DNA from: Podarcis liolepis
Taxonomy: Eukaryota
NCBI GenBank assembly: GCA_965112155.1
Contig: OZ218101.1
Length of the DNA stretch: 64,000 nt
Direction: 5' to 3' (one strand)
A program made the position numbers and the translations under genes. The notes beneath the pieces are model-generated. The model had not been told where the DNA came from. It worked only from the letters and a program-made list of their open reading frames with translations, and did no database searches. Of the stretch, positions 13,216 to 26,414 are shown piece by piece (position 1 is the first letter of the stretch; each line of letters opens with the position of its first letter).

Positions 13216-15261
13216 TTGTTGATACAACAGAACTCTGAGCCTGACGCCTTTGACTTACCCTACCTTAAGTCAGCTTTTATTCATTGCTGACCTCTGGCTG
13301 ATCAGATTGGTTTGTTGTGTCTGACCCTGGTTTATATCACTTTGCAACTTCTCCTGCAATTGTTTGGGAATCTTAAGTGTGAGGCCACAGTTTCTATGGA
13401 CTCTGTAGTCCCGCAGCCTCTACAACGACCACTGGAACTCCTACTGTTCTTTTCTTACAAAGCAGCACATCCACCTTTGACTTTACAGAGACACAGTAAG
13501 ATGCTATCTGACATGGCGACCCATTTTTAGGGGGCACAACCTGTATCTAAAACGCTGCTCACTTTCTTCATTGGTGTTTGAGGTGTGAACCCAATTCAAA
13601 AGCTGGGGGGTGGGAAGCGGGAACGCACAGGTCAGGCACTTTCTCTGTGTTAGCTCCCCCTAAGTTACAGTGTAAGAAACAAAGATAGCATCCAAAATTG
13701 AATTCTAGGAAGTAGATATTGGTCTGTATGAGATATTTAACATAGATGGAAATCAAGCCACAAAATGAAGAATTTGATAATACTGAATTTATGGTGGTAA
13801 GTTATGGTGATCTTTAAAAGAACCAGCAGTTAATCACTAATGAATGTGAAGATGCACAGTTAGTGTTGCACAAGGTAGAGGCCACGGAAGAAATGTGACA
13901 TAATAAAAATCTCATTGCTAGAACCCTGCTTAGGCATTCTAATTAATTCCTTGCCCTTCACCAGGTTGGTAGTATAATGTCCATTTATGGAGACCTCCAA
14001 TACAATTTAGAATACTGATGTTCCAGGGTTCTACATCGCGCAGGGAGCCTACCTGAGTAGAAAAGGTTTTCCACTCTAGATATTTGCCTCTGACCTGCAG
14101 ACAGCTATGAGGATGGAAACATGGTGGCTAGCACCACTTTCCCCCCACTTCCCCACACATGATTCTCATTGTTTGTGCAAACAAAAATCCTGAATAGGCA
14201 TTGGATTTTGACCACAGCTGGGAATGGAAGATATAGTAATAGCTTGCATGTATCAGAACTACTGTGTATTTTCATAGAGGAATGGGTTGCTGTATTAGTC
14301 AGAGCAACAATATAGGAAAGGTCTATGATAAAAAAGTAGGATGAAATTATGTTGAAATAAAAATGCACTTTATAGTTATAGGCATATTTCAATTACGACT
14401 GGAAAGTTCTTTCTATTTGTTGCCTGTTCCGTCCCAAAGGATTGGGATGGGTAAAAACATAAAAACGAATAAAACAGACAAGTCATTTGAGGAGAGGAAA
14501 TGTTCCTGTTCTTTTCCAACTTCCAATATCTTGTTTAAAATTTGTAATGAGTATCAGCTAGGCAGAACCAAATTATAGTGATTCCTTTTTGGGAAACAAC
14601 CCAAGGATTATTCAGAATGATATGGTATTTCTTGTTGTACTTCTCTATGTTCCTACACTCTGGGTAACATCCCAATAATTCTGCTTGATTTTTCAACTAG
14701 TTTTTAAATGAAATCACAGTATTTTTCAACAGATGTATTCAGTTAAAAAAGTAATTTAAAACCACATGGGAAAAAAACTCAGAGCTATCATGACCATAAT
14801 AACTAAAAATCTGGTTTCTTAAATTGTGGAGATATTAACAGAACTAAAAACTTGTTCAATGCTTCTTTTTATAATTTATTTGTTTTTTTTAAAGGATGAG
14901 GGAGTTCATTTCGTGCTATTTTATTGCATATCCTGCACTATTTCACTTGTACAGTATTCCTGAATAAAAATGTAATTCATTCCACATATTAATTGCTTCT
15001 CTTTTCTCTTTTTTATAGCTATAAATAATGTTGCATTTTAATTCAGATGATGCTGTGATGATCTGGAGATTGTGGGACAGATGTATGAAGATTGTTAAAA
15101 GCTATGACCTGATAACCAGATATGACTTCTAATGTACAATCATAAAACTACACAATCCTAGATGTCTTGTGAAATAAGCAAGCATGAGATTGGAGCCTAG
15201 TAACACTTACTAATCAAGCTTAGTGAGGCTTCCTAGTGCATAGAATTTTACTTCACAGTAA

Positions 15262-15428
15262 ACGGCGTTTCCGTGTGCTGCTCTGGTTCACCAGAAGCGG
15301 CTTAGTCATGCTGGCCACATGACCTGGAAGCTGTACGCTGGCTCCCTCGGCCAATAAAGCGAGATGAGCGCCGCAACCCCAGAGACAGTCACGACTGGAC
15401 CTAATGGTCAAGGGTCCCTTTACCTTTA
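15262..15428 (+). mobile_element. Sauria SINE 3' half
   Basis: Reverse complement of part of the 24526-24883 copy; ends in the CCCTTTACCTTT tail. Confidence 0.9.
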
Positions 15429-17239
15429 AACAATGTCAGGATGTGCCAAATCAACAACTTTCCCCCTTGAGGAATGCCCTGCCATTCTTCTTTGCTGTGG
15501 GACATCCAGAGATCTTTTAGAAGTATCTCTCCTGCTAGAATATCACATTTTCCCAGCAATTCAAACCTAGGTGTGCTTCTTCAGGTGTTGCAGGAGTAGT
15601 CAGTGTTAGCTATGAATGAGGTATAAAATTGCCACACATATTTGCATTTTTGCCAGAAAAAATAATCCTGGAGTTACTAAAAGGTTCAGTATGCTTAAAA
15701 TGTAAACTTTATATCCATATGGCTTTTCTATCCAAACAAATCCCCAGTAAAGCTATTCATTTCATAGCCTTTAACTACTTTAAAGTCAATGTAGTTCGAT
15801 GACAAATTGCGCCATTTAAAGGTATTTGGATAAAAGTATGACATTCATTTTCAAATGGATGAGATGTAGTCTTACATTATGAAGCTGACGGAATTTGGGA
15901 ATGTAGTTTTTGCTTCTGCTGAAAACTACTTGGATAGAGAACAGATAAGTGATTCTCCTCCATTTATTTTGCTTAACTTCTTCTTGGAAAAAATAATATT
16001 CGTCTTTCACACTTCATTTGAAAGGATCTCATAAAATAGATCACTAGGTCTTATTGTCCAAGAGGAGTTGCCTGAGCGAGCAACTCAGTTAGCCAATTTG
16101 TAAAGTAGACTGTTGAATCACCTGACACAGGTTCTCTCTGTAAATCAGTCTATTGCAGGCACAGGCATGAACCTGTACTCTCTAGATAATGTACTTAATT
16201 AAGCATTCCCCAAAATATAATTTAATACATTTTCAGAAGAGGGAAATGACTTTAATACAATTGTGAAACTGCAGAGTCTGAAGGAAACTTTCCAAACTAA
16301 CATCACTGCACATTTCCTACAAGATTAAGGAACTTGTCACAAGAAACTTGGTACAACATGCCATCAATAATTTGCTGTAACTAATATTTCAATCTTGTTC
16401 CCAATCAAACAGAAGTCATCTTATACCGAGTTACATCATAAGTCCTTCTATGTCAAGATTTCCTACACCAAGGTTGGGTTAAACATCTGTGGCCTTCCAG
16501 GTTTTGTTTGTCTCTGACTCCGGCAAGTCACAGCAAACATGGCCAATAACTTAGGCCTCTGACAAAGTCCAAGTTTCAGATTTCAGTTCAGTATTAAATC
16601 AGTTAAAAGTGAGTTTCAAATTGAAAAGAAAATCTTCACAGGAAGTTAATCCCCACTTCATCTCCACCCACTGTCTGACCCCCCCCTCCCCCCCCCCAAA
16701 AAAAAACATTTCTAAGGGAGCTAAACTTTTTAAAGACCCTCCCTCTTTCAAATCCCTACTTACTATTATTTACCACCTGTGTTTTTCAGATGAGCTCCTT
16801 CTGCTCTAACTGGCTGCAACACAACCTGGGAAAAACTGGCCAGTGCTAGAAATGTGGAACAAAATATGTGGGAGCCCACTCCCAGAATGTCCTAGTGACA
16901 AATCATCAATGTATCATGGAGTAAAGCAACTGAGCAATTTCAGAAACAGGATAAGGAGGTCAGGGCAAACTATGCCCCTTCCCTTTGTGACTTAACAAAA
17001 CTCAAGTTTCCAAGTGAACCAAATAGGTCAATAGGATGATGGGATTTATAAGTCCAGTATCATCTGGAGGGCTATGAATTAGTCATCCTTGAACTATGCT
17101 TACTGGCAGCAGATGCCCATGTCTTTCGCAGTGCTGACTGGAGATGCCAGGGATTCAGCCTAGGAATTCTTGGATGCAAAGCAATTGCTCGCCCACGGAG
17201 CTGCGCAACCCAGAACTATTGATGCAGCCTAAGGCTTTC

Positions 17240-17420
17240 AATGGCTACCTAGCATGTCCGCCAGCAAGGTAATATGCCTCTGAATAGCAGTTCCTGGGAA
17301 TCACAAGTGGGAAGAGTACAGTCCTGCTTGGAGGCCTCCCTTGGGCATTCCCCATGAGAACAGAATGCTGGTCTAGATGGGCTTTGGTCTGATTCAGAAG
17401 GGATCTTCTTATGTTCTTAA
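17240..17420 (+). mobile_element. Old CR1 3' UTR fragment
   Basis: CTGG.CTAGATGGGC.TTGGTCTGATTCAG...CTTCTTATGTTCTT is a typical CR1-type 3' end. Confidence 0.55.
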
Positions 17421-18409
17421 ATATCCATCTGGCTTCTAGTATTGATGTGTGTGTTCTAAGGCTATGATACAATATTCACATGCCTGGGAGTAAGTCCCAT
17501 TGAACTCAATTAGACATACAGCTGAGTAGATATTATAGGTATCCTTATATGATTCTTTAACAAATCCATTATCCATGGATAATATCAACTCCTAAATCGA
17601 ACTTTAGCAGAAGAGCAGTGTTTCTTTTGCCTTTGCATCTATGGGTTACTTCCTTTGACATAAACTATAAATAAGAGTTCCATTTATTATGCCCTGCAGG
17701 CCGGACACTCTATATAACTGTAACCACACTAGCTGCTTTTTGTAGTCTGAATCTAACACACCAGGCTATATTAAAAACAAACTTCATTTTCTTAATTTCT
17801 TCCATAAGCCCTTGCCTTTCACCTTCTCATCTCTTTTCCTTCCACAGTTTGCAGTTGTTGTTTTTTAAATGAAGCTTCCTTCTGCTTTCATGGGAATTTC
17901 TCTCATAACACATCAATACACCAAAACCCTTTTCTAGCAGAAATATCTTCCAGAAATACGTTTTGTGATGAAGGTGTGTGTGTGTTTACACACAGAGTTT
18001 TGCAGGAATGTAGCCCATTCTGGAGCCACTACATAGAGGAAAAGGAAATATATTTTGGAATAATGAAAACTAGATTGCTGTTAGTTGTCTCCTGAGAAAT
18101 TTCATTCTTTTGAAGACAATTTCACATTATTCCAAAAAGATCTCTTTATGCCAAAGGAACATCTTGGGAAGTGTAGTCATCATAGTCACTACAGAAGAAC
18201 CTAAAGAATAAGCATGTAAGCAACAGGTCTATGGCTGTAAAACACAACATGCATTGTATAGTAAGGAAATAACCGGCATCATTAGAGCACAACGCTATTC
18301 TTCCAAGATCAGCCAGATGATACACAGTATCTCTCACATTCTGTATGAGAAGTGATGTCTGTGAGGTCTTACTGCTGTTTTCAGTTGCAGTGACTGAAAT
18401 TTCTTTGGA

Positions 18410-18423
18410 CCACTAGATGGCAG
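18410..18423 (+). promoter_or_regulatory. Candidate CTCF binding site
   Basis: CCACTAGATGGCAG matches the CTCF core consensus CCASYAGRKGGCRS in apparently non-repeat sequence; motif match only. Confidence 0.5.
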
Positions 18424-18917
18424 TCACTTCAACTTAATATAAACGCAAATGGTTGCCACATGTGAAGAAAACAATGGTATTCTTTGTGTTTGAAACTGTA
18501 GCAAGACAAAATTGATTTTAACCTTCAGAACTGTTTCTGGAGCATGACTAGCTAATGTAGATCAAGCTATGCACTCATAGCTAACCTTAAATCAAGCATG
18601 TGGTACATTTATAGTATTTAATTTTATTTTATTGAATATTAATGAGTTACAGTTTCAACTACATATGGAAATATTTCATCAGCATAATGGGTCCGTGAAC
18701 CTTGAATGTGACACATCCCAGCCTACAGACATCAATTCAAGACTTCTGTGATGATGCCAAAATTTAAAACATATGAGAATTGACAAAATTAGATGTATAT
18801 TGCATACTCATCATGGTTATGAAAACTAATATCAGCATATCCAAAATAACAGCTATAAACATCAGCAAGCCAAAAGATATGGTATGCATATAGCACTTGT
18901 ATGTGCCTTTATGAATA

Positions 18918-19171
18918 CAGTGGTACCTCTGGATGCGAACGGGATCTGTTCCGGAGCCCTGTTCGCATCCTGAAGCGAACGCAGCCCGCGTCTGCGCATC
19001 TACGCGTGCCGCGATTCACCGCTTCCGCAGATGCGCATGACATCATTTTGAGTGTCTGCACATGCATGAGCTGCAAAACCTGGAAGTAACGCACTCTGTT
19101 ACTTCCAGGTCTCCGCGGAGCACAACCCGAAAATGCTCAACCCGGAGCTACCTCAACCCAAGGTATGACTG
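18918..19171. mobile_element. Tc1/mariner-type MITE
   Basis: TA flanks at 18916-18917 and 19172-19173; imperfect TIRs CAGTGGTACCT / AGGTATGACTG. Confidence 0.8.
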
Positions 19172-19382
19172 TACTACCATAACTACATGTAAACTAGCCC
19201 ATGATAGGGTCACTGCCAGAGCTGTGTAGGGCTTCACAGACCAAAACTAACACCTAAAAATTGGCTTGGTAGCTAACCAGCAGCCAAATCTGGCTCAGAC
19301 TTGTTTTTATATTTTGTATTCTGCCTTGTTATATTTTGTATGCAAGTTTGGCTTATAAATTCCTAAATAATTAAGTATATAC

Positions 19383-19714
19383 AAGACCCTCCAACTGTCC
19401 CTATTTTCCAGGGATGTCCCTGTTTTAGAGAAGCCATCCTGATTTCTGATTTGATCTCAGAATGTCTCACTTTTCCTTAGGATGTCCCTATTTTCACTGG
19501 ATAAATGTTGGAGGGCATGGAGTTATCCGACCCCTGAGCCATCTGAAGGCAATCCTGTATAGGGAAGTTTTTTAATGTTTAATGTTTTTATAGATGTTTG
19601 AAGTTGCCCAGAGTGGCTGGGGCAATCCAGTAAGATGTATGGGGTGTAAACAGTAAAATTATTATCATGAAATGGGACATCCCTATTTTCATTGGATAAA
19701 TGTTGGAGGGTATG
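19383..19714. mobile_element. hAT-like non-autonomous DNA transposon with internal repeats
   Basis: Inverted ends ACCCTCCAAC / GTTGGAGGGT; internal repeats of TCCCTATTTTC; contains an L2-tail-like segment at about 19560-19665. Confidence 0.6.
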
Positions 19715-19784
19715 AAATGCTATTAGGCCCGATTCCTAGACCACCAAAACCACTGGGCTCTGTTTGCTGGTGCCACATCACAGA

Positions 19785-19950
19785 TATGGTCTGAAGGCAC
19801 AGGAGGCCACCATCTCGTTGAAGCTAAGCAGGTTTGCGTGTGGTCAATGCCCGGATGCAAGACTGTTTGGGAAAGATTTGTACACCAGCTTGGGTACAAG
19901 ATGAATGAAAGGTGGGATTAAAAAATGCAAACAGACAAACAAACAAACAA
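19785..19950 (+). mobile_element. 5S rRNA-derived SINE (SINE3, 5S-Sauria-like)
   Basis: ATCTCG..GAAGCTAAGCAGG...TGGTCA.TGCCCGGATGCAAGACTG.TTGGGAA aligns with the 5S rRNA A/C-box region and is followed by an L2-like tail and (AAAC)n. Confidence 0.65.
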
Positions 19951-20225
19951 AAGTTCTGGGTCTGCTCTTAGCTCCTTTTTCTTGCACAGCAGGCTTCACT
20001 TCCAGACTCCAGTCTGATACCAGAATAGTTGATCTCAATAACTAGCTAGCTTAGCAAGAAGGCCAGAGATCATGAGAGGCTTCCCCATTAGCAGGCCCTT
20101 CACTGTGCAGTCTAAGAAGCCCACTGAATGTGACTGGCCTGAGGACAACATAGTGTGAAGTTGCCACCGCTCCACATATACTTTTACTGTATTTATACTT
20201 TAAAATAAAGGTATTATGAGCTTAC

Positions 20226-20289
20226 CTCCAGTTTCTGAAATGGCAGAAATCTAGCTCTTTTAAAAAATGTCTTCAAGGCACCCAGACAT
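20226..20289 (-). other. Candidate 64-nt internal exon of a minus-strand (probably non-coding) transcript
   Basis: Minus strand reads TTCATTTCACTTCTTTAG|ATGTCTGG...CTGGAG|GTAAGC, with a strong acceptor and donor; no transcript evidence available. Confidence 0.4.
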
Positions 20290-23200
20290 CTAAAGAAGTG
20301 AAATGAATTCAGGTAAGCAGTCACCAAATAACTCATTCAGCAAACTTCTGTGAATATAATCCAGCGCTTCATTGTAAAACAACGTATTTAATGTGCTTTG
20401 ATATTTTAATAGGAAATCAAGACTTTGTTATGATTTAAGTCTACGTGGTAGCTAGTAGCACACCTGAAGGCAAGTTAGGACCAGTCCTCCTTTGGGACAT
20501 GGGTCGCTGGCTTATGGATTGTTCTGCTTAAAATTATTATGTGCTTCTGCAAACTTTGTATTTACTCCAGATCTGCTGCATGTAGATGCTGCTGTTTGGG
20601 TTACATAAGAGTGGAACCACGAGTGAAGGTCCAAAATATAAGGTTGGGGAATGGCCTGTGGGGACATGCAAGCAGGCTTTTTTACTGGTGGCACCAGTGT
20701 TGTGGAAAGTACCTCCTGCTGACATGAGAGGACCCATCTGAAGTGGCAACCCCCTCGCTTTCCCTTGACCTCTTGACCCAAGTCTCCTTTTAAAATTTCT
20801 GTGCTGTTTCTAAGGGAATTGTTTCATTGCATATTTTTTTATGGATGCTTACATTTTAATGTTTTAATTGGACTATTTTAATGTATTTTAATTAAGTTCT
20901 CATTTTAACTATTCAGTATTGTTACCAATGTCATACAATTGGCATTCATGTTTTGGAAACTTCTTAGAAGTCATCTTGGCACTAAACAGAATTTTAAATT
21001 AATTCTTTAATAAACACGTATGCATCTGGCTCCTCATCCAGTTATGTATGTATGGCATGAAAGACTGCTTCTGTGTGTGTTGTGATTCCTACTTGGATCG
21101 GCGTGAACATGCAGATAATGTGTGGAAGGAGGACTAGACACAGATGTATACAGTTTGTGATATTCAAGCCAAAAACTTACAGCTGAAGTTCTTTAAGTAT
21201 ACAGCTATGAACTTCCTTAAGATAAAATATTACTTGAAAGTAATACCAATGGAAAACAAATGCTTTTTGCAATTTAGAATTTCAAATTTTAACCTAAGAA
21301 GGATGTGAACTGAAAACGAGTAAGCCCTGTGGTGAATTAACACTAAATTTAAGTCTGATTTCATCCATCATTTTACATGGGGTGAGCAGCAGCTGAAAAG
21401 TAAGTCCTTAACAGGAAAAGGAGCCGTGGAGATGCTGACAGGCTGGAGTGCACTGGCCATGCCATAGCAACACCTCTGTCATGGATTGGCTAAGCTTCAA
21501 TGTTGTACTGTGCTTGAGTCAGAGAACCTTCCAGTTCTATCTGGCTGAGCTACAATGATGGCATGAAATGCTTATGAAGTTTATAACTATATTTGGCATT
21601 AGATGTATTTTTGCAATTCACCTTAACAACAACAGCAACAAACCAGTAGGTGTAGCCATGCCTGATTGGGACTATTGCAGGAAAGGTTGGCTTCCCTGCT
21701 TGCCACAGTCTCAACAAAAATCCCCTCTCCTGCCATTTGCTCCCATTGGGATTTTCAGTGGGGTCATGGTGAGGAAGGAAAGGGGTAAACCACTTGCCAT
21801 CTTCCAAAGTCCCTACACCTATTTTGTTTGTTCTCTATCAAACAATCATGTTAAATGCAAAAAAGAAAAGCACGGAATGTAGTGCGTAGTTTGACCCAAA
21901 GTTATTACAATGTTTGTAGTTCAGGGACTCAGCTATATAGCCACAAATAAAATGTTTTAAGTGCAATATACAATGTGACACTAGATGGAGATGGTGAGCC
22001 TTATGGAAAACTCAGTGTATTTTTAAAAACGCTTTTTAAAAAAAAACATTTTCAGAACGGTTTTTATATGTGTGTAGTTTCCACCCAGCTCAGCTTCAGT
22101 GAAGGAAAATAAAGTCATCAGTTTTGCTACTACAGGGATGGGGAAGCAGTGACCTTCCAGTGGTTGTTGGGCTTATACTTGTTCCAGCAAGTATGACCAA
22201 GGTCAGGCATTATAGGATTTAACCTTGCCCTAAAGAAATGACAGGAGTTGGCTGTACTTTAGAAAGAAAGCCCAGGATGGAGCATGGGAGCAAGGGATAC
22301 ATGGGCTGAGAAACAAGAACCTGAAGAGAGAATAACCAAAAGAGAAGGAAGGGAGACACAAAATGGATAAAAATGAGATCTGTAGAAGCCTTGTAGCACT
22401 TAAGGTCAGAGAGGTGGTATGAGGACAGCTAAAACAGCGATCAGGTGGCTAGCTGAGAGGCTGACTAAACGAAATGTGGAAAGGTAAAGACTTGAGGAAG
22501 GGACAAATGTGGTAGGGACAAAGAAATAAGGGAGCTGGTGAAAAAGTAGGTCTGGGCTAAAACCTCAGATTGTTGGTATGGACATGAAGGAAGAGGAAAG
22601 ATAAATGAATAGTGTACTCTTATGTATGTTGACTCACAAGTAAATTCCATCGAGTAATGAGGCTTCCTCCTAGGTAAGTGGAGATAGGATTGCACCCTAA
22701 GGGAGGTTTGAAGGACTTAGGGACAGAAGGCAAAGGAGCCTAAGATTAGTAGATCCAGAAAGAGACATGGCTGCTGTATAAAAGGGGAATCCAGCCAAGT
22801 GAAAGACTTCTGTTGCCTCTGCAGCCCTGTGATCTGACAACCCTAAGAGGGAAACAAAAACTAAGACTGGAGGAAGGGGTAGATTATACATATTTGATTT
22901 TCAACATTTGATTTCAACAGCTAATTGTCAGACTTGTAGTTATAAAAAAATATTCTTGAATCTTCAAACAAAATCCTCCTCCTGTCATTATTTTTCTCGC
23001 TATGCATATTTTTCCCTAGGCTTCCTCCATTTTCTTTTCTCCTATTTTCAACAGTCAAAATGTAATCCTCTGTGTGCCTTCTTAGGAGGAAGCCCAATTG
23101 AGTTCAGTGGGACTCTGAAGCAAGCGAGTATAGGAATGCAGCCTCTTGCTCTTGAACTTTCTCAGCCACTGCCTGTTCCACTTGGGGGGCTCAGAGAACA

Positions 23201-24525
23201 GTGGGCCAAGGAATTAATATGATGCAATGAAAACTAATGATTAAAGCTCATAGACAATACAGAAAATCAAGGGTCAAGATTAATAACAAAAATATAAAAT
23301 TAATATCTACTGGAAAATGTGGGGGTGGATCAAACTAGAAGAATCCTGAGCAAATTTACATACAATTGATTAAAACAATGATTACATGATGATAATTAGA
23401 AATGGCCCTGTCAGTCTGTTTTTTGCCTGTATCTTTTTCACATATGTTCATTGATTGAGTTTTCCATCCCATTTCTGTACTGTTTTCTGCATGAAATTAG
23501 TATGTAAATACACATATATTTTTCTTTTATTAAAAATACATATTGAAACATATATTGTTTTGACTTTACACAATACAAAACATATTTTCTCCTAAAATAT
23601 TTTTAATGCAACTTGGCATTTTTTTGAGCCAAGAATTCACAGAATTTGGAGATCTGTGAAATCTGAAGAATAACTACATTCCAATCCCCATGTTGTTCCA
23701 GGTGGACATTATCTGGGAGATCCAGGAGGAGGTGGTAAGGATCAGAAATTCAGTTCCTCAAGCATCCAATTTATTTATTCCTCCTTATTGTACTACTAAG
23801 TACAATGCTACTAAGTCCATCAGTTGTGATTATGTGGCAAACCAAGTCATTCTTTTGCAGTATGCTCTACACTTTGTTGTGTGCCAAGACTGGGGAGTAA
23901 TAGACTAGTTGCCTTGACAACAGGGGTACATTCCCTTTTTATTGTGAAAATTGACATTAGATTTTTACTGAGCCCTAATTCAAATTATAGTAGGAATTTA
24001 AATGTACACCAGTAAGTAGTAATAAATGTATGTAAGGCATTAATGGAAAAATCAGCCAAAGTCATTGTCAAGATGTCAATGGACTCAGAATTCTGATCAG
24101 ACTCCAACTAGTCCTTGCTTTCAGGGGGGAAAGACAAATGAGCCAAAAAGATTATTATATTACTTTTTGACCTGATTAAGTGCCCAAGAGGTATTCTGAC
24201 ATGACATTCTTTAACATGATATTTTGCTTTATGGGCCCTACAGTTATCATTTCAGAATGAACTTTAGCTTGAAATAGTCTGCGCTGACACAAGTATCAGC
24301 TTCTGCTATACAACATCATGTTCAAAATAAGTATAAGCATCACTAAACTGACATAATGACGTCACATAAATATGATTTTCCCACATCAAAATAACACAAG
24401 TTCCCATTTGACAGTTTAAGAGAACTTGTAATTTTTTTAAAAAAATAAGTCACTTAATCAGAGAAAGCCAGTGTGGGCAGGTTAAGGATGGCAGACATAA
24501 CTTTGAACAGCATTCAGGAAGTATA

Positions 24526-24883
24526 AAAAGGTAAAGGTAAAGGTAAAGGGACCCCTGACCATTAGGTCCAGTCGTGACCGACTCTGGGGTTGCAGCGCTC
24601 ATCTCGCTTTATTGGCTGAGGGAGCCGGCATACAGCTTCCGGGTCATGTGGCCAGCATGACTAAGCCGCTTCTGGCGAACCAGAGCAGCACACGGAAACC
24701 GTTTACCTTCCCACCAGAGCGGTAGCTATTTATCTACTTGCACTTGACATGCTTTCAAACTGTAGGTTGGCAGGAGCAGGGACCGAACGAGAGCTCAACC
24801 CGTCGTGGGGATTCGAACTGCCAACCTTCTGATCGGCAAGTCCTAGGCACTGTGGTTTAACCCACAGCACCACCCGCGTCCCT
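24526..24883 (-). mobile_element. Full-length Sauria SINE
   Basis: tRNA-like head (GGGACGCGGGTGGTGCTGTGG...GGTTCGAATCCC pattern on minus strand), (ACCTTT)n tail, 14-bp TSD ATTCAGGAAGTATA at 24512-24525 and 24884-24897. Confidence 0.95.
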
Positions 24884-25277
24884 ATTCAGGAAGTATAGAA
24901 TACAATAAACTGCTTCATGACAGTCAGGGCTGGCAGGAACAAAGCCAATAGGTCTTAGTCACTCTGCATGGTTAGCAGGACTATGCAAATAAACTAAATC
25001 AATGGGTTCCACAGATCTGGAAAGGGACCGTCAATAAGCCTCCCTAAAGTCAGAATCACAATGTTAATGGGTGTAGGATTCCAAGCAGGTTCCAAATCAT
25101 TCTTACTTCATAATAATGAGTTCAGGAAAGACAACAAGTTGAGGGGGGGGATATACTTTTTTACATGTAGTTCTGATAAGATGGCAGCATTATCTGAAAA
25201 GTGTTGTTCTGGCTCAATAAGGCAGGGAAGGCACTTTCAACATTTCCAGCTTTTGCTTGTTTGTTTAAATAATTATA

Positions 25278-25470
25278 ATTAAAATTATACCCCGCCCACT
25301 CTGGGTGGCTTCCAACCAAATATTTAAAACACAATACTGCATTAAACATTAAAAACTTCCCTAAATATTGCCTTCAGATGTCTTTTAAAAATAAGATAAT
25401 TGCTTGTTGCCTTTACATCTGATGGGAGGGTGTTCCACAGGGCAGGCGCCACTACCAAAAAGGCCCTCTG
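25278..25470 (-). mobile_element. L2 3' tail fragment
   Basis: TATACCCCGCCCA.TCTGGGTGGC and GGCGCCACTACCAAAAAGGCCCTCTG match the L2 copy at 61048-61460. Confidence 0.75.
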
Positions 25471-25769
25471 AACAGTGACAACTTTTGCCCAACAACACAA
25501 ATATTCTAAAAAGGGTTTGTTTAATTTAAAATATTGTCATTCAAATAGGAAATCATTGCTTCCAAATCATTAGTGCAGGAAAATTGCTGATGGCTGTGCT
25601 TTTTGTTTGTTTGTTCTCTTGCATTAATAACAGCTGCCTTAGGTTTGGCAAAAAGAAGTGTGCTATAGGTATTTTTAAACAAATAAAAAAAATGATGATT
25701 TTCAGCAAAGAGTACAGCGTCCAGGTTCCACAAGACGGGGCACCAAAGCTACTGTGAAATCTCTCACTA

Positions 25770-26220
25770 AGAGACATAGGGGAAGGGAATCCTGGTCAAG
25801 ACATGTAGCCTCTGATAGCCTTACCCTCCATCAATTTGTCTAACCTGTTTTTAAAGCCAGCCAAGTTGGTGGCCATAACTACATCTTGTGGGAACAAATT
25901 TCATGGTTTGTACTGTACGAAGGACCTCCTTTGTGTGCCCCAAATCTTCCAACGTTCAACAGTCCTGGGTTCCAATATTATGAGGGAGGAAAACTTTCCT
26001 CAATTCACTTCTCTACATTATGCATTATCATTCCTCCCCCCAAGCTCACCCTTTAAAAAAAAATTAAAAATCCTCAGAAAAAGAGTTGCTCCAGTCATTT
26101 TGGTTGCCCTTTTCTGAAGCTTTTCCAGTTCCACACTGTCCTTTTTGAGATGAACTGACTGGAACTGTACTTAGTAGTCCAAGTGTGGCCATACCACAGA
26201 TTTATAAAACATTATTATAT
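25770..26220 (-). mobile_element. Old CR1 fragment
   Basis: TTTAAAGCCAGCCAAGTTGGTGGCCATAACTACATCTTGTGG and GGAACTGTAC..AGTAGTCCAAGTGTGG are reverse CR1 ORF2 3' motifs. Confidence 0.65.
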
Positions 26221-26414
26221 TGGCATATGATGGAGACCTCCTGATCTCCCTAATTTGTATTCTATTGCTCCCAGTCTACTACCAATGACAAAGGATAGTT
26301 GATTAGTTTACTGTCCAATCATACATCATCATAAGGATAGAGTGTTACCAGCTGTCATACACAAAGGCAAGTAACAGAAACCCCATCCGCATGTAATTGC
26401 AGAATCTGTCTATT

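Noticed and set aside
19785-19885. Possible 5S rRNA gene
   Set aside because: Partial, diverged and fused to a retroposon tail; a SINE rather than a functional rRNA gene.
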